Below the pieces are notes generated by a model. It saw only the letters and a list, made by a program, of their open reading frames with translations. It searched no databases and had not been told where the DNA came from. This document shows, piece by piece, positions 45,378 through 55,099 of a DNA stretch of 64,000 nucleotides. Each line of letters opens with the position of its first letter. Within the stretch, counting starts at the first letter, position 1. Source of the DNA: Clostridia bacterium (GTDB taxonomy: Bacteria > Bacillota > Clostridia > TANB77 > CAG-465); NCBI GenBank assembly GCA_045537895.1, contig JAZSQI010000044.1, positions 6,307 to 70,306 on the forward strand, in the 5' to 3' direction. The position numbers were made by a program, and so were the translations under genes.

Positions 45378-47102
45378 ATGAAGGTAAATAAAAAAGAGGA
45401 TGTAAAAGAATTTAAAGATATCAAAGGAATAATATATAATTCTGCTAAAAAGTTTGCAAGTAATGTGGCATTTAGAATAAAAGAAAAAGTAGGGAAAGAA
45501 ACGAAATACATAGATGTAACGTATAAAAGATTATTAGAAGATATAAATAATTTTGGAACAGGACTATATAAATTAGGACTTAAAAGTAAGAGAGTAGCTA
45601 TAATAGGAAAAAATAGATATGAATGGGTTTTGACATATCTATCTAATCTACTTGGTAATATAGTTTCAGTTCCACTTGATAAAGACTTACAATATGATGA
45701 ATTAGAGAATTCCTTAATTAGAAGCAGGGCAGAGTGTATTGTTTTTGATATTAAACAAATAGATAAAATTGAAGAACTAAAGAAAAACGGAAAAACAGCT
45801 TTAACAAAATATATATGTATGGAAAAAGTAGATGGTTTTGAATCAGTTCAAGAAATAATGAAATTAGGTAAGGAAGATGTAGATGATGGTAAAAATGAAT
45901 ATATAGATGCTGAGATTGATGAAAACATTATGAATATCTTGTTGTTTACATCTGGAACAACTTCTATGTCAAAGGCTGTTATGCTTTGTCAAAGAAACAT
46001 AGCATCTAACATATATGCTATGCAGTGCGTAGAAGATATTAGAAGTACAGATACTAATATTGCATTTCTGCCATTTCATCACATTTTTGGTTCAACGTGT
46101 ATATTAATGATGCTAGCTTGTGGGGTAAGAACTGTATTTCCAGACGGATTAAAATATATTAAACAAAATTTAAAAGAATACAAAGTAACAATATTTGTAG
46201 GAGTACCAGTTTTAGTTGAAGCTATTTACAAAGCAGTTTCAAAAGAAATTGAAAAGCAAGGGAAAACAAAATTAATAAATGTGGCAACAAAAATTAGTGA
46301 TTTATTATTAAAATGTAAAATTGACGTTAGAAGAAAATTATTTAAACAAGTTATAGATGGCCTTGGAGGAGAGCTTAGAATGATTATTGAAGGTGGGGCA
46401 GCAGCTGATCCGAAAGTTTCTAAAGCATTCAATAGTTTAGGAGTTTTAGTAGTTCAAGGTTATGGGCTTACTGAAACGGCTCCAGTTATTATTGCAGAAA
46501 ATCCTAATGAACTTAGAGTAGGTTCTGTAGGTAAGCCTATGTTAAATGATATTGTGGAAATTGTTGATAAAGATAATAATGGTGTAGGAGAAATTAGAGT
46601 AAAAGGACCAAACGTAATGCTTGGTTATTATGAGATGCCAGAAGAAACAGAAAGAGTGTTAAAAAATGGATGGTTTTATACTGGAGATTTAGGATATATT
46701 GATAAAGATGGTTATGTGTTTATTACTGGAAGAAGTAAAAACATGATTGTGCTTAAAAATGGTAAGAAGATATTTCCAGAAGAATTAGAGATGTTAATTA
46801 ATAGACTAGAATTAGTAGAAGAATCAATGGTATTTGGACTTCCAAGCAAAGAAGATAAAAACGATGTTAAATTATCAGTAAAAATTGTATATAACGAAGA
46901 AGTAGTAAAAGAAAAATATAGTGATAAAACAGAGGATGAATTATATCAAATAATTTGGAATGAAATAAAAGAATTAAACAAAACATTCCCAAATTACAAA
47001 CATATTAAAAATATGATTTTTACAAAAGAAGAATTAATAAAAACAACAACTAAAAAGATAAAGAGATTCGAGGAAATGAAAGTTATATTAAATAACAAAT
47101 AA
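45378..47102 (+). CDS. AMP-dependent synthetase/ligase (long-chain fatty-acid-CoA ligase-like)
   Basis: LFTSGTTSMSKAVML AMP-binding motif, QGYGLTET, YTGDLGYIDKDGYVFITGRSKNMI, and KIKR near the C-terminus. Confidence 0.82.
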   Translation: MKVNKKEDVKEFKDIKGIIYNSAKKFASNVAFRIKEKVGKETKYIDVTYKRLLEDINNFGTGLYKLGLKSKRVAIIGKNRYEWVLTYLSNLLGNIVSVPLDKDLQYDELENSLIRSRAECIVFDIKQIDKIEELKKNGKTALTKYICMEKVDGFESVQEIMKLGKEDVDDGKNEYIDAEIDENIMNILLFTSGTTSMSKAVMLCQRNIASNIYAMQCVEDIRSTDTNIAFLPFHHIFGSTCILMMLACGVRTVFPDGLKYIKQNLKEYKVTIFVGVPVLVEAIYKAVSKEIEKQGKTKLINVATKISDLLLKCKIDVRRKLFKQVIDGLGGELRMIIEGGAAADPKVSKAFNSLGVLVVQGYGLTETAPVIIAENPNELRVGSVGKPMLNDIVEIVDKDNNGVGEIRVKGPNVMLGYYEMPEETERVLKNGWFYTGDLGYIDKDGYVFITGRSKNMIVLKNGKKIFPEELEMLINRLELVEESMVFGLPSKEDKNDVKLSVKIVYNEEVVKEKYSDKTEDELYQIIWNEIKELNKTFPNYKHIKNMIFTKEELIKTTTKKIKRFEEMKVILNNK

Positions 47103-47109
47103 TGTATTA

Positions 47110-47137
47110 ATCAGCTAGAAGAAACTAGCTGATTTTA
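47110..47137 (+). terminator. Terminator of the acyl-CoA ligase gene
   Basis: TCAGCTAG pairs with CTAGCTGA, followed by TTTT. Confidence 0.6.
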
Positions 47138-47140
47138 CTT

Positions 47141-47179
47141 TATAAAAATAACCCAAGTAATCATATAAATTACTTGGGT
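47141..47179 (-). terminator. Terminator of the minus-strand micro-ORF pair
   Basis: ACCCAAGTAAT pairs with ATTACTTGGGT (11 bp). On the minus strand it is followed by TATTTTT. Confidence 0.6.
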
Positions 47180-47227
47180 AAGTATATATAATATTAGGAA
47201 TTAATTATGTTTTATATACTTTATATT

Positions 47228-47371
47228 TTAGCAACCACAACCACAGCAGCATACTAAAACGATTATTATAAGGATGATCCATATACAGCAGCATCCACCA
47301 CCGAAGCCTCCACCGAAGCCACCGTTGTTGTTACCACAGCCACATCCACAGCCACATCTTTCATCTATCAT
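47228..47371 (-). CDS. 47-aa Cys/Gly-rich small hydrophobic protein, YjcZ-like sporulation micro-protein
   Basis: AAAGGAGGG SD lies 9 nt before the ATG at 47371. The peptide is MIDERCGCGCGCGNNNGGFGGGFGGGCCCIWIILIIIVLVCCCGCGC. The GGGF + hydrophobic tail pattern resembles the YjcZ family as I remember it. Confidence 0.55.
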   Translation of the reverse strand: MIDERCGCGCGCGNNNGGFGGGFGGGCCCIWIILIIIVLVCCCGCGC

Positions 47372-47393
47372 GGTATAATTCCCTCCTTTACTA

Positions 47394-47552
47394 TTACAAT
47401 ATCAGACCGTTTAAAATCGTGTCTGTATTTGAGACTTTGAAAAAGTCATCAAAGTTCATATTAGAGGAATCACCAACTTTATTACATCTAAAAAATATTA
47501 GAAGTAAAAGTACAGTCCATATTATTGAGTTATTACAGCAATTTGTATTCAT
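47394..47552 (-). CDS. 52-aa small membrane protein (unannotated in the ORF track)
   Basis: AAAGGAGG SD lies 6 nt before the ATG at 47552. The peptide is MNTNCCNNSIIWTVLLLLIFFRCNKVGDSSNMNFDDFFKVSNTDTILNGLIL. It lies 22 nt upstream of the YjcZ-like ORF. Confidence 0.45.
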   Translation of the reverse strand: MNTNCCNNSIIWTVLLLLIFFRCNKVGDSSNMNFDDFFKVSNTDTILNGLIL

Positions 47553-47706
47553 ATGATTCCTCCTTTTAAATCAGAAGGAGTAATTTGTTTTTGTCTTTGT
47601 CATCTCTGATTTATATTATATAGTATGAATAAAATAAAAAAGTGTGACTACTTGTATAACAAAATAATAAATGTTAAAATGTATATAGTTAAAGTGGGGT
47701 ATTTTA

Positions 47707-49077
47707 GTGGTAAATAATGAATTAGTAGAATTAGAAATAATAGACAATGGAATAAATTTTGAAGGTATAGCAAGATTAGAAGATAAAGTAGTATTTGTGC
47801 CAGGTGCTATAGTTGGGGAAAAAGTAAAGGTAAGTATTGTAAAAAATACTACAAACTATATGCTTGGGAAAATTCAAGAAATATTAGTAAAATCACCAGA
47901 GAGAAAATATGAAGAATGCATGTCATATTATTCTTGTGGTGGGTGTATAGCACAACATATGAGTTATGAAAAAACGTTAGATATAAAAAAGAATATAGTA
48001 AAAAACACTTTAAGAAAGCAAGGAATAAATGAAAATTTAGTTAATGATATATATGGTATGGGTATTCCATATAATTACAGAAATAAAGTGCAATATCCTG
48101 TTAGAAATATAAAAGGCAGAAATAAAATGGGGATGTTTGCTGAAAAAAGCCATAAACTCATAGAAGTGCATAATTGTAAAATACAAGATAGTTATATAAA
48201 TGAAATAGCAAAATACATGTTTGAGTGTATAGATAAAGAAAATATCTCTTGTTATAATGAAGAAGGAAAAACTGGAGATATAAAAAATATAATGGTAAGA
48301 AGAGGTATACATACTGATGAAGTGTTATGTATATTTGTAGTTACAAATGAGCAAATAGCAAGGAGTAATAAACTAAGTAAGATTTCTTGTATGTTAACTG
48401 AAAAGTATGGAAATATAAAAGGGGTAGTTGCTAACATAAATGAAACAAAAGGTAATGTTATACTTGGAAATAAAAATATAGTCATTTATGGAGAAGATAG
48501 AATAACAGATATGATAGGTGATTGTACTTACTATATATCTACGAATTCCTTCTTTCAAGTAAATACTATTATGGCAGAAGTGTTATATAGTGTATTAGAA
48601 GAAATGCTAAAACTTGATAAATCAGAAACAGTATTAGAACTATATAGTGGGGTTGGAACAATAGGAATATTTTTAGCAGATAAAGTAAAACAATTGTATG
48701 GAGTTGAAATATTAGAAGACGCAGTAAAAATGGCAGAAGAAAACTTAAAATTAAATAATATATCAAATGCCGAATATATAGCAGGTGATGCAAAAGAAGA
48801 GTTGGAAAAGCTTAAAAACAAAAATATATATTTTGATACATTAATAGTAGACCCACCAAGAAAAGGGTTAGATGAAGCTGGAATAGATATAATAATGAAG
48901 CTAAAACCTAAAAAGATAGGTTATGTTAGTTGCAATCCAGCTACACTTGCTAGAGATTTAAATAAACTAAGCGAAATATATAACATAGAAGAGATAAATC
49001 TTGTAGATATGTTTCCGTGGACAAGTCATATTGAGTCTGTATCGTTGCTATATCTGAGAGATGGTCAAGAGCCCTAG
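47707..49077 (+). CDS. rumA: 23S rRNA (uracil-5-)-methyltransferase, RumA/RlmD family (TRAM + SAM methyltransferase)
   Basis: GTG start and N-terminal TRAM-like beta barrel. Cys cluster CMSYYSCGGC. SAM motifs LELYSGVGTIG, DPPRKG and VSCNPATLARD. Confidence 0.88.
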   Translation: MVNNELVELEIIDNGINFEGIARLEDKVVFVPGAIVGEKVKVSIVKNTTNYMLGKIQEILVKSPERKYEECMSYYSCGGCIAQHMSYEKTLDIKKNIVKNTLRKQGINENLVNDIYGMGIPYNYRNKVQYPVRNIKGRNKMGMFAEKSHKLIEVHNCKIQDSYINEIAKYMFECIDKENISCYNEEGKTGDIKNIMVRRGIHTDEVLCIFVVTNEQIARSNKLSKISCMLTEKYGNIKGVVANINETKGNVILGNKNIVIYGEDRITDMIGDCTYYISTNSFFQVNTIMAEVLYSVLEEMLKLDKSETVLELYSGVGTIGIFLADKVKQLYGVEILEDAVKMAEENLKLNNISNAEYIAGDAKEELEKLKNKNIYFDTLIVDPPRKGLDEAGIDIIMKLKPKKIGYVSCNPATLARDLNKLSEIYNIEEINLVDMFPWTSHIESVSLLYLRDGQEP

Positions 49078-49169
49078 AATACTGGGTTTCATCAAAAATG
49101 AATTTTCGAAAAAAGTGAAAATTTTTAAGAAAAAATGATAAAAAATCACCAAAATCACAAAACCCGAAC

Positions 49170-49197
49170 AAGGTTGTCGAGGGTAGATAGGTCAAAA
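49170..49197 (+). repeat. Direct repeat copy 1 (core AAGGTTGTCGAGGGTAGATAGGTCAAAA)
   Basis: 25 of 28 nt are identical to 51393-51420. Weaker similarity extends about 70 nt upstream (GAATTTT.G.AAA ... CAAAA). Confidence 0.7.
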
Positions 49198-49334
49198 CTT
49201 TATATTCAAAAGATAAGAAATAGGAGCAATTAATTACTGGGAGACTAACTATAAAAAGTAAACAGTAAAATAGAAAATGTTTTAATTGTAGAAGCTGCAA
49301 ATAGTTTTGATATATAGAAGGAAGTAAGAGTATT

Positions 49335-50378
49335 ATGATTAAATTATTTGAGGTTAGAGGAACAAACTACGATATGGGAAAGCAAATAGGAGAAAATTTT
49401 AAAGATTACTTAAAGAAAATTATAATAAAATATGAAGAAAAAATATTAGATAATGATGTATATATAAAAGTAAAAGAGTTGGAAAAAAAATTAAAAGAAG
49501 AATTCCCAAAATGTCTAGAAGAAATATATGGTAGAGCAGATGGAGCTAATGTTTCTAGAGATGCATTGCTTTTATGTTTTTTCCCTGAAATTTTTAAGCA
49601 AGTAGATGGATGCACGACAGTTATTTTAAAAAAGAAAAATAATACAGTTCTATTTTCACATAATGAGGATGATAGAAATTATAATATTAATAACATAGCA
49701 TTAATTAAGTATAATTATGAAGATTATTGTATATATGGATATACTATGGCTGAAAAGCTCACAGGTAGTTCATTTGCATTTAATAGTTATGGATTAATTT
49801 TTTCTAGTAATTATATTTATGATACAAAAATAGATTTAGATAACATATCTAGATACATTATGGTTAGAGATGTAATGGATTCAAAAAATATAGATGAAGT
49901 TATACGAAAAATGAAAATTCACAAAGTAGCTTCAGCATTTAGCTTAAATATTTTAGATATAAACAAAAATCAAGTTATTAACATTGAAAAAGATATAGAT
50001 GAAATATACATAACAAATATTATTGAAAGATATGCAAGAGCTAATCATTTTATAGCTAAAAATGGAGATTTACCAGAAGAACCAGTAAGCTCTAATTTTA
50101 GATATATTAAATCAAAAGAATTATTAGATGGCTTAAATACAGAACAAAGCTCGATAGATGATTTAATAAATATTTTAAATTATCAGACAGATGATTATTA
50201 TAAATCGATATATAAAGATTCTAGAAAATATAGAGATAAAAGTGTGACTGTTGCTAATTTTTCAGTTGATAGTGAAACAAAGAGAATAGAAATATATGAT
50301 TATTTGGGAAATCATGTATTCGAATTTAAAGTTGATGATGTTATGGGAGATATGATTAATGAAAATATTAAGTTATAA
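49335..50378 (+). CDS. Peptidase C45 / acyl-CoA:6-aminopenicillanic-acid acyltransferase-like Ntn hydrolase
   Basis: RGTNYDMGKQIGE N-terminus and a DGCTTVIL nucleophile-Cys context followed by SHNED. The length is typical. Confidence 0.55.
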   Translation: MIKLFEVRGTNYDMGKQIGENFKDYLKKIIIKYEEKILDNDVYIKVKELEKKLKEEFPKCLEEIYGRADGANVSRDALLLCFFPEIFKQVDGCTTVILKKKNNTVLFSHNEDDRNYNINNIALIKYNYEDYCIYGYTMAEKLTGSSFAFNSYGLIFSSNYIYDTKIDLDNISRYIMVRDVMDSKNIDEVIRKMKIHKVASAFSLNILDINKNQVINIEKDIDEIYITNIIERYARANHFIAKNGDLPEEPVSSNFRYIKSKELLDGLNTEQSSIDDLINILNYQTDDYYKSIYKDSRKYRDKSVTVANFSVDSETKRIEIYDYLGNHVFEFKVDDVMGDMINENIKL

Positions 50379-51156
50379 TTTATATGGTGTAAAGGATACT
50401 GATTATTCAATACCAAATTGGGAAGATAGGCAGAATAATATAAAAAAAATATTAAATCAATTATTAAAAGATATTGAAATAAAAGTAGCATGTTTTCAAG
50501 AAGTGAATAAAAATAATATAAAGATGTTAGAGGATTTATTAACTAATAATGGATTTAAAGTATTACAAAAATTTCCAATGAAAACTGAAAGTATTAATCA
50601 ATATAATATAATTTCAATTAGATATGGGAAAGAAATAAAAATAAATGAAGTATTTTGTTTGCCACATGGTTTAGATGATGAATATAGAAATATTGAGGAA
50701 CAGGTAATATGTTATAATATGAGTGATTATAGAACAACAGTATTTGTAAATTTTAATTATAAAGGTAAAACATATCTAATTGGAAATATTCATACTGATT
50801 ACATATCTACTGAAGGTAAAATAAAAGGGACAATTAAGTCATTAAATTATATGGATAGTAAAGAAGCTGATTATAAAGTTATTATTGGAGATATGAATAT
50901 GATCTCTCATATGTCAGAAGCATACAATATTTTAATTAAAAATAATAATTATATTATTATATCTAGAAACAAAAATTTTGATATAACAGATAATTCATGG
51001 CATGGCTATGGCACACAAGAACAAGTAAATGTTGATTTTGCTTTTGTACAAAAAAGTATGGAAGGAAAATATTATTATGAAATAATAAAACAGGATGATA
51101 TGCTAAATGAAGGTTCAGATCATAGACCAATTATATTAACTATAAAAGAAAGATAA
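50359..51156 (+). CDS. Endonuclease/exonuclease/phosphatase (EEP) family protein
   Basis: KILSYNLYG, FQEV, GDMNM and GSDHRPI motifs. It overlaps the upstream gene by 20 nt. Confidence 0.75.
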   Translation: MKILSYNLYGVKDTDYSIPNWEDRQNNIKKILNQLLKDIEIKVACFQEVNKNNIKMLEDLLTNNGFKVLQKFPMKTESINQYNIISIRYGKEIKINEVFCLPHGLDDEYRNIEEQVICYNMSDYRTTVFVNFNYKGKTYLIGNIHTDYISTEGKIKGTIKSLNYMDSKEADYKVIIGDMNMISHMSEAYNILIKNNNYIIISRNKNFDITDNSWHGYGTQEQVNVDFAFVQKSMEGKYYYEIIKQDDMLNEGSDHRPIILTIKER

Positions 51157-51392
51157 TCACCATTTTTTTGTTTATACATAATAGACATGCCAAATATACA
51201 TATGTTTATTATCAATTAGTCAATTATAAACATATATATAAAACTAAACTATTCATAATAGCAACATATGTTATGTTAAGCGGGTATCTGTACTAAAATT
51301 TAAGGAAAACACTGAAATATAAGAATTTTAGCAAAGTATAAAAAATAGCTTAAATTACAATAAAATAGCTAGCTTTAAGGTGCAAAATACAT

Positions 51393-51420
51393 AAGGTTGT
51401 CTGGGGTAGATAGATCAAAA
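51393..51420 (+). repeat. Direct repeat copy 2 (core AAGGTTGTCTGGGGTAGATAGATCAAAA)
   Basis: See copy 1. The two copies are 2223 bp apart in the same orientation. Confidence 0.7.
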
Positions 51421-51466
51421 TATAAAAATATATATAATTAAATTTATTTAGTAAGAGGAAATAAGT

Positions 51467-52036
51467 TTGAAAAATATTATAATATTAGGTTCTCCGAGAG
51501 TTGGAAAATCTAGTTTGGCATCATTACTTTGCCAAAAATATGAAAATACGCATTATATAAGTGGAGATAGTATACGAAATGGATTTATTAAGTTTTATCC
51601 AGAATTAAAATATACTTCTGAGAACATGAAACAAAAGATTGATTTTTGTAAATTTATAAATCATATTATTATTGAGAATAATATTCATTTAAAAAGAAAT
51701 ATAAACTATATTGTTGATACTACAGATATAGCAATTGAAAATGCAATTGATGTTTTTAAAGAAAGTATAATAATAGTTTTAGGTTGTAAAGATCTTAGTG
51801 AAGAAGAGTATAAAGATATAATTAAAAAAAATGATACAAAACTAGAGTGGACATGGAATTATTCTGATGTAGAATTATTAAATGTTTGTCGTGAAAGCAT
51901 AAATTTAAGCAAACAATTATATGTAGAGTGTGAAAAATATAATATACCTTATTTTGAAACATCTACTAATAGAAAAAAAGTTTTTAGTGATATAATAAAA
52001 TATATAGATCAAAAAGTAGGAGTAATAAATGATTAA
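51467..52036 (+). CDS. P-loop kinase/ATPase-like protein
   Basis: TTG start after an AGAGGAAA SD. Walker A LGSPRVGKSS. Confidence 0.55.
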   Translation: MKNIIILGSPRVGKSSLASLLCQKYENTHYISGDSIRNGFIKFYPELKYTSENMKQKIDFCKFINHIIIENNIHLKRNINYIVDTTDIAIENAIDVFKESIIIVLGCKDLSEEEYKDIIKKNDTKLEWTWNYSDVELLNVCRESINLSKQLYVECEKYNIPYFETSTNRKKVFSDIIKYIDQKVGVIND

Positions 52037-52652
52037 AAATATTATATTTGATATAGGTGGAGTATTGTTAGAATATAATCCTAAAACATATTTAGACACA
52101 TTAAATATAGAAGAATTAAAACGAAAAGAAATTAATAATATAATTTTTCATAGTACAAAATGGAAAGACTGTCTAAATGGTATTATAGATAATCAACAAC
52201 TTATAGAAATTTTAACAAAAGAAAATCCAAAATACGAAAATGAAATAAATCAAATATTAGATAAAAATAATTTGAAATATATGTTACCACCTAAAACCGA
52301 AACTATAGAATATTATAAAAAATTAAAACATAAAGGATATAAGATATATTTGTGTTCTAATATAACAGAGGATACTTATAAATATATATATAATGAATAT
52401 GAAATAATTCAAGAAGCAGATGGTAGTGTTTTTTCATGCTTTGAAGGTGTAAGTAAGCCTAATATAGAAATATATAAAAGACTAGTTAATAAGTATAAAT
52501 TGGATATAGAGGAGTCAATTCTAATAGATGATACTAAAAGAAATATAATAAGCGCAAATGAATTTGGATTAAAGTCAATATTATTCAATAATATTCAACA
52601 ACTTGAAAATATAGATAAAATAAATGAGTTAGAAACAGTTAATGAGGAGTGA
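52029..52652 (+). CDS. HAD-superfamily hydrolase (subfamily IA-like)
   Basis: IIFDIGGVLL (DxG variant of motif I), CSN (motif II), and LIDDTKRNI (motif IV). It overlaps the upstream gene by 8 nt. Confidence 0.7.
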   Translation: MIKNIIFDIGGVLLEYNPKTYLDTLNIEELKRKEINNIIFHSTKWKDCLNGIIDNQQLIEILTKENPKYENEINQILDKNNLKYMLPPKTETIEYYKKLKHKGYKIYLCSNITEDTYKYIYNEYEIIQEADGSVFSCFEGVSKPNIEIYKRLVNKYKLDIEESILIDDTKRNIISANEFGLKSILFNNIQQLENIDKINELETVNEE

Positions 52653-52656
52653 TATT

Positions 52657-53109
52657 ATGAAGAATTTAATAAATAGATTAAATAAAAACACTCAAATAAT
52701 TATTAGAGACAAAGAATATATAGTAAAAACTAAAACATGGTATTCGATAGAAGAGGATAAAACAGCAACATATGTAAAATGTGAATTAAGCAACAATAAA
52801 GTTTTGGTTATAATTCCAGATGATGAACTAATATATATCGGAAAAATAATTGAAAATATGAGATATGAAAGAATATCTAAAGATAAAATTAAATATAATA
52901 ATACATTATTTAGCAAGGCAGGAGAGGGACATCAATTTATTACAAAAATTGAATTTGGAAATGAAGACGAAGTAGAGAGTAAGTGTATATTTGAAGATTA
53001 TGAAACTGAAAATAATATAATTAGTTTAGGAATATTACCAGATAAAGAAAATATGAGAGCAGATGTTTATGCAGATATTTTAAATACAGAAGATATTGAA
53101 ATAAAGTAG
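52657..53109 (+). CDS. Hypothetical protein (150 aa)
   Basis: GAGGAG SD lies 7 nt before ATG 52657. Confidence 0.5.
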   Translation: MKNLINRLNKNTQIIIRDKEYIVKTKTWYSIEEDKTATYVKCELSNNKVLVIIPDDELIYIGKIIENMRYERISKDKIKYNNTLFSKAGEGHQFITKIEFGNEDEVESKCIFEDYETENNIISLGILPDKENMRADVYADILNTEDIEIK

Positions 53110-53152
53110 TGGTTTTATAAAACTAATAAATAGTTAATTTAGGGAGGATAGT

Positions 53153-53704
53153 ATGGAAAATTATTTTATAATACACGGCTCATTTGGAAGTCCATTTGGA
53201 AATTGGTTTAGTTGGTTACAAGATTTTATAGCCGCAGATGGCAAACAAGTATATGTACCAGATTTTCCAATTGGTGTAGGATATCAAAATTATGAAAATT
53301 GGAGCAAACTTTTAAGAGTTTATTTAGATTTAGGATTAATAAATGAAGGAACAACTATTATTGGACATAGTATTGCACCAATATTCATATCAAAGTTTTT
53401 AGTAGAAAATAAAGTGAAAGTTAAGAAATTAATATTCGTATGTGGATTTAATAACTATTTAGGAATAAATGGAGAATACGATGCCGTAAATGAAAGTATG
53501 TATTTTGATAGTTTAAAGGAAGTAAAGCAATACTCTAATGAAATAATTTGTTTTTATTCGGATAACGATCCTTATGTTAAATATGAAAAAGAAAAAGAAT
53601 TTGCAAATACAATAGCAACTAAACAAGTAGAGATAAAAGGTGCAGGACATATAAATTCAGAAAGTGGATTTGATACATTTGAAGATATAGTATCTTATCT
53701 TTAA
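53153..53704 (+). CDS. Alpha/beta serine hydrolase, YdeN/RBBP9-like
   Basis: IIHGSFGSP, the GHSIA nucleophile elbow, SDNDPYV, and GAGHIN with the catalytic His. Confidence 0.7.
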   Translation: MENYFIIHGSFGSPFGNWFSWLQDFIAADGKQVYVPDFPIGVGYQNYENWSKLLRVYLDLGLINEGTTIIGHSIAPIFISKFLVENKVKVKKLIFVCGFNNYLGINGEYDAVNESMYFDSLKEVKQYSNEIICFYSDNDPYVKYEKEKEFANTIATKQVEIKGAGHINSESGFDTFEDIVSYL

Positions 53705-53895
53705 AAAAGCGTTTTGTTATTGCTAGACAAATCAAAGAATAGATAAAACATGCAGAAATATAATATATAGAGAAGTAGATGGAATATAGTCTACTTCTTA
53801 TATATTTTCTAAAATTAACACATACAGAGTGTTGTATTAAAATCACATAGTTGGTATAATTGGTTTAGTAAAAATATTTAATAGGAGGTGTTTAT

Positions 53896-54765
53896 ATGGA
53901 AAATAATAAGCTTAAAACAATCTCAAAACTTTTTGAAGGAAAAGAAATAAGAAGTATGTGGGATGCAGAAAAGGAAGATTATTTTTTCAGTGTTGTTGAT
54001 GTAATAGGGGCATTAACTGATAGTAAAGAACCAAGGAAATATTGGTCTGTACTAAAAAACAGATTAAAAAAAGAAGGCAGTGAAGTGACTACAAATTGTA
54101 GTCAGTTGAAAATGTTATCACCAGATGGAAAAATTAGATTGAGAGATGTTATGATAACGAAAGACATTTTTAGGCTTATTGAATCTGTACCAAGTCCAAA
54201 AGCAGAACCATTTAAATTATGGCTTGCGCAGATGGGAAAGGAAAGAATAGATGAAGTATTTGATCCAGAAATAGCTATAAAAAGGGCAATAACATATTAT
54301 AGAAATCGTGGTTATTCAGAGAAATGGATTGAAGCTAGACTTAAAGGAATATTAGATAGAAATAAATTAACTGATGTATGGAAAGAAAATGGAATAAATG
54401 AAAATTATGAATTTGCAGTTTTAACAAATGAGATATATAAAACATGGTCAGGTATGAAAGTAAGTGAGTACAAGAAACATAAAAATATAAGAAAAGAATC
54501 TTTAAGAGATAATATGACAGATGTTGAAGTCGCGCTTACTGATTTAGGAGAGATAGCTACTCGTGAACTTGCAAAAGAACATAAACCATATGGGCTAGAA
54601 CAAAATAAGAAGATTGCAAAAGCTGGTGGACAAGTTGCAAAGACAGCACGTAATGATTTAGAACGAAAGCTAGGTAGAACAATTATTAGTAACGAAAATA
54701 ATTTGAATTATAAATATTTAGAAGAGAATAAAATTGAAACGAAAAAAATAGAGTCAAAAAAATAG
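53896..54765 (+). CDS. Bro-N domain protein (DinD / phage antirepressor-like)
   Basis: FEGKEIRSMWDAEKEDYFFSVVDVIGALTDS is Bro-N-like. The long helical C-terminal part resembles DNA-damage-inducible protein D-type proteins. Confidence 0.65.
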   Translation: MENNKLKTISKLFEGKEIRSMWDAEKEDYFFSVVDVIGALTDSKEPRKYWSVLKNRLKKEGSEVTTNCSQLKMLSPDGKIRLRDVMITKDIFRLIESVPSPKAEPFKLWLAQMGKERIDEVFDPEIAIKRAITYYRNRGYSEKWIEARLKGILDRNKLTDVWKENGINENYEFAVLTNEIYKTWSGMKVSEYKKHKNIRKESLRDNMTDVEVALTDLGEIATRELAKEHKPYGLEQNKKIAKAGGQVAKTARNDLERKLGRTIISNENNLNYKYLEENKIETKKIESKK

Positions 54766-55099
54766 AGCTAAATAAATGAAAATAGTATTTTTTAAGTAAA
54801 GTATATTTGAGCAGATAGTTAGTTGATAATTATCTGCCTTTATGATAATATGAAATAGTAAAAGTATGGCAAACACAGAAGATATCTACAAAGCAGACAC
54901 TATATTAAAAATAATTTTGCAACGATGTTTAAATATATCACGTTGAGTGCGTAGCGATGATGTGTCGAAAATAGAATTAACCCTGTTTTTACATAGAAAG
55001 CTCCTTAGGGAGCTTTTGGTGTGTTAAATAAAGATATTGATACTTTACATAAAAAATGACATACTAATAAAACCAATAAATTATATAGGAGGAATTAAT

